This document shows, piece by piece, positions 57,090 through 64,000 of a DNA stretch of 64,000 nucleotides; the first letter of the stretch is position 1, and each line of letters begins with the position of its first letter. This DNA is from the human T2T-CHM13v2.0 reference genome, Homo sapiens. The stretch is taken from NCBI RefSeq assembly GCF_009914755.1, contig NC_060941.1; one strand, given 5' to 3'. A program made the translations under genes and the position numbers. Under the pieces are notes generated by a model. It was not told where the DNA came from. It ran no database searches and worked only from the letters and a program-made list of their open reading frames with translations.

Positions 57090-60000
57090 GCCCCTCATTC
57101 CCAGTGGCTGTGGAACAGCTGAAATGGGGCTCGTGTGACTGGGGCTGAGTTCAGCTAGCTGATTTAAATGTAAATACCCCCATATGGCCAGCGGCTGTCC
57201 TGTTGGACCCAACTCCAGACCTTCCTCTAGGAGCGGGGAGGACTGGAGGTTTCCCCCAAATCCTGGTTGCCACGCCCACCCTTGTCCTCATCTCTAGCGT
57301 CATGAGGATGCATTCTGAGAAGCAGGATGGCTGGGTCAAAGGGGAGGAATGCTTTTAGGATTTCTCTGTTCCTATTTTCAAAGCACTCTCCGGAAAAGCT
57401 CCACGCAAGTACTCTGTCACTGTGGCGACTGTGAGGGAGAGCCACTGCCGGTATCCTCGACTTGGGAATGACCTTTTCTTCTCTTGCCTTCTCCAGCTTG
57501 AGGGGCGGGGGTGGCTGATGAAGGAGCTGACTTCAAACTAGTCTTGGTGGCTCCTTCTGACCTCCCCAACGATGGCCCTCCCTGGGGTATCCATTGCAGC
57601 CCCTAAGTACTCCCAAACCCATTTTCCAGAATTAAAAAAACAAAACAATCCATGACTCTATCTTGGATTCCCAGGACACAGATCAGTGCTTCCTCTGGCC
57701 AGGAGGGGCCTGGGCTCATCCCAGGCGACGTGGGAGGAGCAAGCTTGCAGTTCCTCCTCCTTTCTCGGCTCCACCCACATGATGGGTGTAGCTCCACTGC
57801 ATGATTTCTCAATTAACAACCCCAATCCTCTGGATTACCGTTTCTCATTTGCGGGGATTATTAGCAGTGAAAATACTAACAATCATGATAAATATTGGCT
57901 GCAGCCATCCACGCTGCCCCGAGCCCCTGCTCTCCCACTCCGTGTAATTAAAAAGCGAGCCAACTGGGCAAATAAAAAGCCCAGATGGCCCCTCCGGCCT
58001 CAGAGAGGACATGGGAGGATCATGGACCCCAAATAGGCCATTAATGCCATTCCAGAGCCACCAGCAAATATGGAGCAAAACAAATGAAGCTCAACTGCAA
58101 AGGGAGAAGCCTAATAAATCTTGCCCAAAGTGGCTTTCACTTGGGGCCTGAGGCTGTAATTGGAGGGGTGATGGCGGGAGCAGCTCCCTCTCTGCCTTTG
58201 CTCTGACCACTGGGTCCTGAGCTCCCCCCATGCAGGCAGACACGACAGACACCTCTCATTTCCCATTTGTGACCCAACCCTGACCTGTCTTTGGGGCTCT
58301 CGGGACAGCCTGGCCCTTTCTTCCTTCCGAGTCCCCGGCTGCATGCTTTTCATTCCAACTTCAGAACTTCCTCCGCTGTCAGCCTGATCTGCCCCCCGCC
58401 TTGCACCTGGTCTGTTCATGGCCATGCCACCCCCAGCTTCCCCCTTCTCCTACAGTCTTCCCTGTCTCCCCTCTCCTATGCCCCTTCCTTTCTGCAAAGC
58501 TGGTCTCCGAAGTCACTGCCTCCCAGCAGCTTTCCCTCATACAGCCCACCTTTTGCAGACGATTTATTCACATGGGGCCTCTCTGGGGTCTGGGAGGAGC
58601 TGCACCCTGAGCTCCGCCCTTGAATGACTCATGTGACCCTAGGCAAGTCAAGGCCTCTCTCTGGTCCTCAGTGACCCCAGCGGCAGAAGGGTGGCTTTCT
58701 CAGAAGAGCGTTTTGAGGATTAAACAAGATACTCCAAACAAAGGGGCCTACACAGAGGTGGCACGTAGGAGGCATAGAAGGTATTTAACTAAAGTTAACG
58801 GAATGGCTCTCTTACCCCACACCTTTCCACACTTAGGGGCCCAGTTTGCATAGAACATCTAGTTCATATTGCAGTGGGTATATTCTTTGTTCTTTAACTG
58901 TATCTTCCCATTAGACTGAGGTGATCACTCCTTCTATTTGTCCTTCCTTACAATAGCTGAAACACGGGTCCACGTGCTGGGGCTGCCAAATTCGTGATGC
59001 AAAAAGATGAGATGGTGAATTATTGGGATAAGTCTTCTTTCTCTTTCCCCCGGGGAAGCTGTTGAGCCACACTCGCAGCTGGCTGGGACTCCTGGAGAGT
59101 TATTTACGAGGGTGGCTACGAGGGGTCTATGTCACTTGCTTCTGGTCTTCGGGCCTGATATTTGGGCAGCAATTGTTCCCCCAGCTCTGGAGACAATAAA
59201 ATTAATTTGGCTTCCAAAGCAGTATGGTCTGAGCTGCTTCTACCCATCCCCATCCCCACCACACACACACTTCCCTGGAGGGCAGGCTTCCCTTACATCT
59301 TGTTCTACTCCATCTGCCTCTTGCAGTTGAGTTTGGGGTCTTCTAACCTTGCCTAAGAACGCAGAATATGATCTAGATTTCCAACAATGGGGAGTTTGTT
59401 AAATAAATTACAGTGCCATATGCGCACTTATGATATATTTTCAATGCAAAAAAAGCAGGTTGCAAAACAGTTTGTGAAGTAAGAACCTATTTTGGTTAGA
59501 AAAAAATTTCCCAACTATAGATGTATGGGCCAAAAATTGTCTGGAAGAATGACTGTACACCAAAATGTTAGCAATAGTTTTTCTGCTTTTTTTAAAACTT
59601 TGTTTCCTGAGTAGTGGGCTAATAAAGGATTTTGACTTCTTTCTTGGTGCAAATCTGCAATTTTCTGATTTGTTTACAATGAACATGTATCTCTCCTGTC
59701 TCAACTAAATAAACAAATAAAGAAAAGCACCACCAGGTTCTCCCAGGCCTTGTTTGCATACATTTGCATGCTGTCCAATCAAATGCCATCCATCAAAGCT
59801 CCATTTCATCAGCCCTCAAGAATTGCTGAGGCTGGGCTTGCCTTCTTGGTTACGAGGCCATGACGGGCAGTCGCTCAGCCCTCCTTAGGAAGACCCAGGC
59901 ACACCCCTGTCTGAGAGCTGAACCCAGCCTACCTACCTCGCCCCCCGCAACAAGTCTCTATCTAGCATCCCAGCTCCTGTGAGACTACAATGGTGACACC

Positions 60001-61159
60001 AGCCCAGAGGCAACAACAGCTCGGTTGTCACATTTCCAACCTTGAAGGCGTCTTGATTCCACTCGGTTGGCAGCATTTTCATGTTATTCTCAGTGCTTTG
60101 ACCTTAAGTGGCTGCTTTTCCTCTCTTTCTCTTTCCCTTGTGTTTCGCCTCCCCCTCCTCCTCTCCTCTCTCCTGACTGTGATTGCCTGAGCCAGGCATC
60201 TGAGCTGTCTCGAGCTTGCCTCCTATTTTTGTACTTTGTGAAACCAGGGGATACAAAGGGCTGTGAGTACCGCGCAGCTCTCAGTCCTGGGACGAGGCGT
60301 CTGTCTCCTTGCTTTGGCTGGGACCGGATCGCATCTTGAAAACAGCAGCAAAGCATAAGCCAGGGGAAGATCATGCTTGCTAATTGGTGCAAGTTTCGTC
60401 TGACTCTTCATCAACGGAAATACAATAGATCCAGGAGCACGCACACACACACGCCCCTCCCAAAAGGACCGAAATTCTGCTCAGAGGATCCTGTCAGAAT
60501 CACGTGCCCTTAGACCAAATGAACAAGGTATATCTCTTGTAGCTGAGGACATTTGGTAGGATGAAAACCTCTACTTCCAGGATGCCCCTTGATCGTGTAA
60601 TCTTTAACTCATCTGTTCTAGTGTTCCATGACAACCACCATCAGCAAGTTACAATTTGTGGAATATTGGTTTTGTGCCTGATGGATATGGTCACATTCAA
60701 TCCCAACACTTATTAGTTGAATAACTAACTTGTATTGTGTGCGTAAAGCACTCAGAACAGTGTCTGACACTTGGGGAGCATGCAATAAAAGTTCATTATT
60801 CAATCTTCCTGACAAGCCTGGAAGGTGTGTACTATGGGGTGGCCATGGTGTTTGGAACAGAGATGATGATCTTACCAACCATTGCAATATCAATAATCTC
60901 TTTATTGGATATTTACCTCTGTTTCCAGGCCTAGTGATCACTCTGCATTTTACCCCCATCCCACCACGGAGGATACAAAGATTTAGGCACAGTCATTGCT
61001 TGCATTAGGCAGCTGGTGAGGGGTGGGAGGTAAAATTCGCAGTCTTCCCTGTTTGATTCCATAGCCCATTGGAAGTTCTCCTCTTGCATGTCTTCCTCTT
61101 GCGGTTTAATTCTCTTATTATGTCCTTGGTGGAGGATCATCTCAAGATCGTCCTTCATG

Positions 61160-61525
61160 AGCGACATACACTGAATGTGTGTCCTCCCAAAATTCCTATG
61201 TCGAAACCTAATCCCCAGTGTGACCGTATTTGAAGGCAGTGCCTTTGAGAAGTGGTTAGGTCATGAGGGTGGAGCCTCATGAATGAGATGAGTGTCTTTA
61301 TAAAAGATACCCCAAAGACAGACCTCCCTCATCCCTTTTACTATGTGATGACACAGCAAGAAGGCATCATCTATGAACTAGGAAGTGGTCCTCCCCAGAC
61401 ACCAACTCTGCCAGTGCCTTGACCTTGGACTTCCCAGCCTCCAGAATTGTGAGCAACAGATTTCTGCTGTTTATAAGCCACTCAGTTTATGGCATTTTGT
61501 TACAGCAGCTTGAATGGACTAAGAT
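61160..61525 (+). mobile_element. MLT1A-type MaLR solo LTR
   Basis: tgaatgtgtgtcctcccaaaattc...ttggacttcccagcctccagaattgtgag...ggactaaga. Confidence 0.85.
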
Positions 61526-62021
61526 GGTGAGTTTGTGGCTGGTTATCCTTTCACCTCGGGGGCCTGCTTCCCGCCTGTCCTGGGGAGGGAGTGGGTATAA
61601 TGCTTGCCTCCTTTCTAGTGCTCAGGGTTCCAGGGAAGTCCATGAGGTGGTGGGAAGAGGGAGCTATGGTGTCTGGGGGATGAAAGCTAAGGACAAAGGT
61701 GAGGGGTGGGGTTTCTAAGCTCCAGGCTGCCAGCTCCATTGGTGGCCTGCCTACCTTGGCCTAGGGACTGAAGCAGTGGGCCCAGCTGCCCTCTCTCTCC
61801 ACATGGAGTTTGTGGAAAGAAGAACACTACAGGGCCCACCTGGCAGAGATTTCACCTGCATCTCAGTGAGTGTTTGATGCCAGAGCTGCTTGCTGGGCTT
61901 GACGGGAGCCCCAAGGGGCAGGACTTTGTCTTCTTTATGTCTCGTTCAGCACCTGCTGTGCTGTCAGACCTGGCTCCAGACGCATGAGGCCAGCTGGCCT
62001 CCAATGGTCTCTCCTGCCTCT

Positions 62022-62219
62022 AATCACACACCAGCCATGCACATCCAACCATACATACACCCATGCATACACAACCACACATGCATGCATGTATATAGAA
62101 CCAGATGTACATGCAACAAAACATGCATGCACACACAACTGCATGCATGTGTGTACATACAATAACACATGCACACACACCTCTGACACATGAATGTACA
62201 CACAACCACACATGCACAT
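62022..62219. repeat. Detached copy of a CA-rich block (paralog at ~63214-63408)
   Basis: Near-identical ~195-bp sequence. Confidence 0.85.
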
Positions 62220-62439
62220 GGAGGTGGAGGGTCGGGAGGACTCTGCTACCCCAGAGCTGGACTTTCAGGCCCCACTCTGCCCAGACATGCCCAGTCCCTG
62301 GTGCCAGCTGAGGGGAGGGCCCTGAGGATAAGAGAGGCTGGCAGACATGAAGTCCTCACATCCTACAGCTGCTCTGCCTTGTGCAAGAGTCCACAGCCCA
62401 GCCCACACCTTTCCTGCCTGGTTTCTCTCCATCTATGAG

Positions 62440-62732
62440 ACCTGCTATCCAGAGCCTGGAGGGCTGGTCTGCATGGGGTGAAGGTGATGTGTTGGCTAAG
62501 TTTTGATGACACATGGGGCAGATAATATCTGTGGTGCAATGCACATCCTAGAGCTCCCCATGGGGCCAGGCTGAGGCTACACTTCCCTCAAACCATCTTT
62601 GCCTAACTTCCCTCCTGCCCTAGCCCACTTCCCTCTTTCCCTTACAAATTTCTCCTGATGTCATTCCCTTCATAAACCACGTGCCCAGGAATCCCTCTGT
62701 CAGACTCTGCTTCCAGGAAACCTGTCCTGGGA
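62440..62732 (+). mobile_element. LTR16-type ERVL LTR fragment
   Basis: ctgtggtgcaat...cagactctgcttccaggaaacc. Confidence 0.55.
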
Positions 62733-62879
62733 TGGTGTCCCATAGGCCCTGGAGCTCACACCATAGGGCCACCAGTGGTTAGAGTACAACTAGGCCTCTA
62801 AGACCTGCTCTCAACTCTCTGGGGGAGCTTCAAGTCTTGGGGTTCTCTGGCATGACCCTCATCTTCCCACCCCCACAAT

Positions 62880-64000
62880 TACATGCATGCACACCCATAC
62901 CCATGATACACTCATGCATACACAACCACACATGTGCACACACACAACCACATGCATACATGCACACACAACCATATATCATTTATGCACATATAACGAC
63001 ACATACACCCATGCATACACTACTGCACATACATGCATGTATATAGAACCAGACATGCATGCATGTACACACAACCAAGAACATGCATACACACACAACT
63101 GCACACACATGCACACACACCTATCTTACTCATGCATATGCAACCACACATGTGTGCACACACAAGCACATGCTTACATGTAAACACAACCATACATATG
63201 TGCATTCACACACAATCACACACCAGCCATGCACGTCCAACCACACATACACCCATGCATACACAACCACACATACATGCATGTATATAGAACCAGATGT
63301 ACGTACAACAAAACATGCATGCAAACACAACCATATGCATGTGTGTACATATAACACATGCACACACACCTCCAACACATGAATGTACACACAACCACAC
63401 GTGCATACATATACAAACACATGTATGCACACACAACCACACACATGCATGCACACACACCCCTGATACACTCATGCATATGCTACCACATGTGTGCACA
63501 CACAACCACATGCATACATGTAAACACAATCATAGACATGTGCATGCACACACAACCACACAGCCATGCACATACAACCACACCTACAACCATGCATACA
63601 CAACCACACATACATGCATGTATATAGAACCAGATGTACATATAACCAAACACATACACACACACACAACCACACACATGTACATAAAGTAACACATATG
63701 CACACACCTCCAACACATGCATGTACACACAACCACACACACATGCATATGCAATCAAACACATGCATGCACACACAGCCACATACATGCATATACAATC
63801 AAACACATGCATGCACACACAGCCCACACACATGCATATACAAACACATGCATGCACACACAGCCACACACATGCATATACAATCCAACACATGCATGCA
63901 CACACAGCCACACACATGCATATACAAACACATGCATGCACACACAGCCACACACATGCATATACAATCCAACACATGCATGCACACACAGCCCACAGAC
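62880..64000. repeat. Complex CA/CATG-rich tandem repeat; 40/44-bp VNTR from ~63735 to the window end
   Basis: Unit ACACACATGCATATACAA(TCCA)ACACATGCATGCACACACAGCC. Confidence 0.9.

Noticed and set aside
62837-63996. Cys/Val/His/Thr-rich ORFs in CA/TG tracts (also 46599-46978)
   Set aside because: Artefacts of dinucleotide-like repeats.

Overview
Primate, very likely human, genomic DNA covering the 5' end of SDK2 (Sidekick cell adhesion molecule 2) on the minus strand. A ~3 kb CpG island (~9820-12850) holds SDK2 exon 1. The ATG is at 11026 and encodes the signal peptide [21 protein letters not shown], with a phase-1 GT donor after 10963 and an Inr-defined TSS near 11383. Positions 1-10962 are SDK2 intron 1. 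Positions ~11.4-64 kb are upstream sequence with no other credible protein-coding exon. This part is dominated by Alu, MIR, L2, old L1, MaLR/ERVL LTRs and MER DNA transposons, including an AT-rich, L1-dense block at ~28-48 kb. I see no evidence of a new multi-gene system. The best leads are: a bidirectional promoter with a spliceable divergent transcript; several homeodomain/bHLH motif clusters (candidate neural/retinal enhancers); CTCF-like sites; a 36-bp minisatellite that reads as a zinc-knuckle-like CxxC repeat; a fold-back inversion at a truncated MST provirus; and a structured CA-rich VNTR. Repeat families were assigned by eye from remembered consensus sequences, so subfamily calls and boundaries are approximate.
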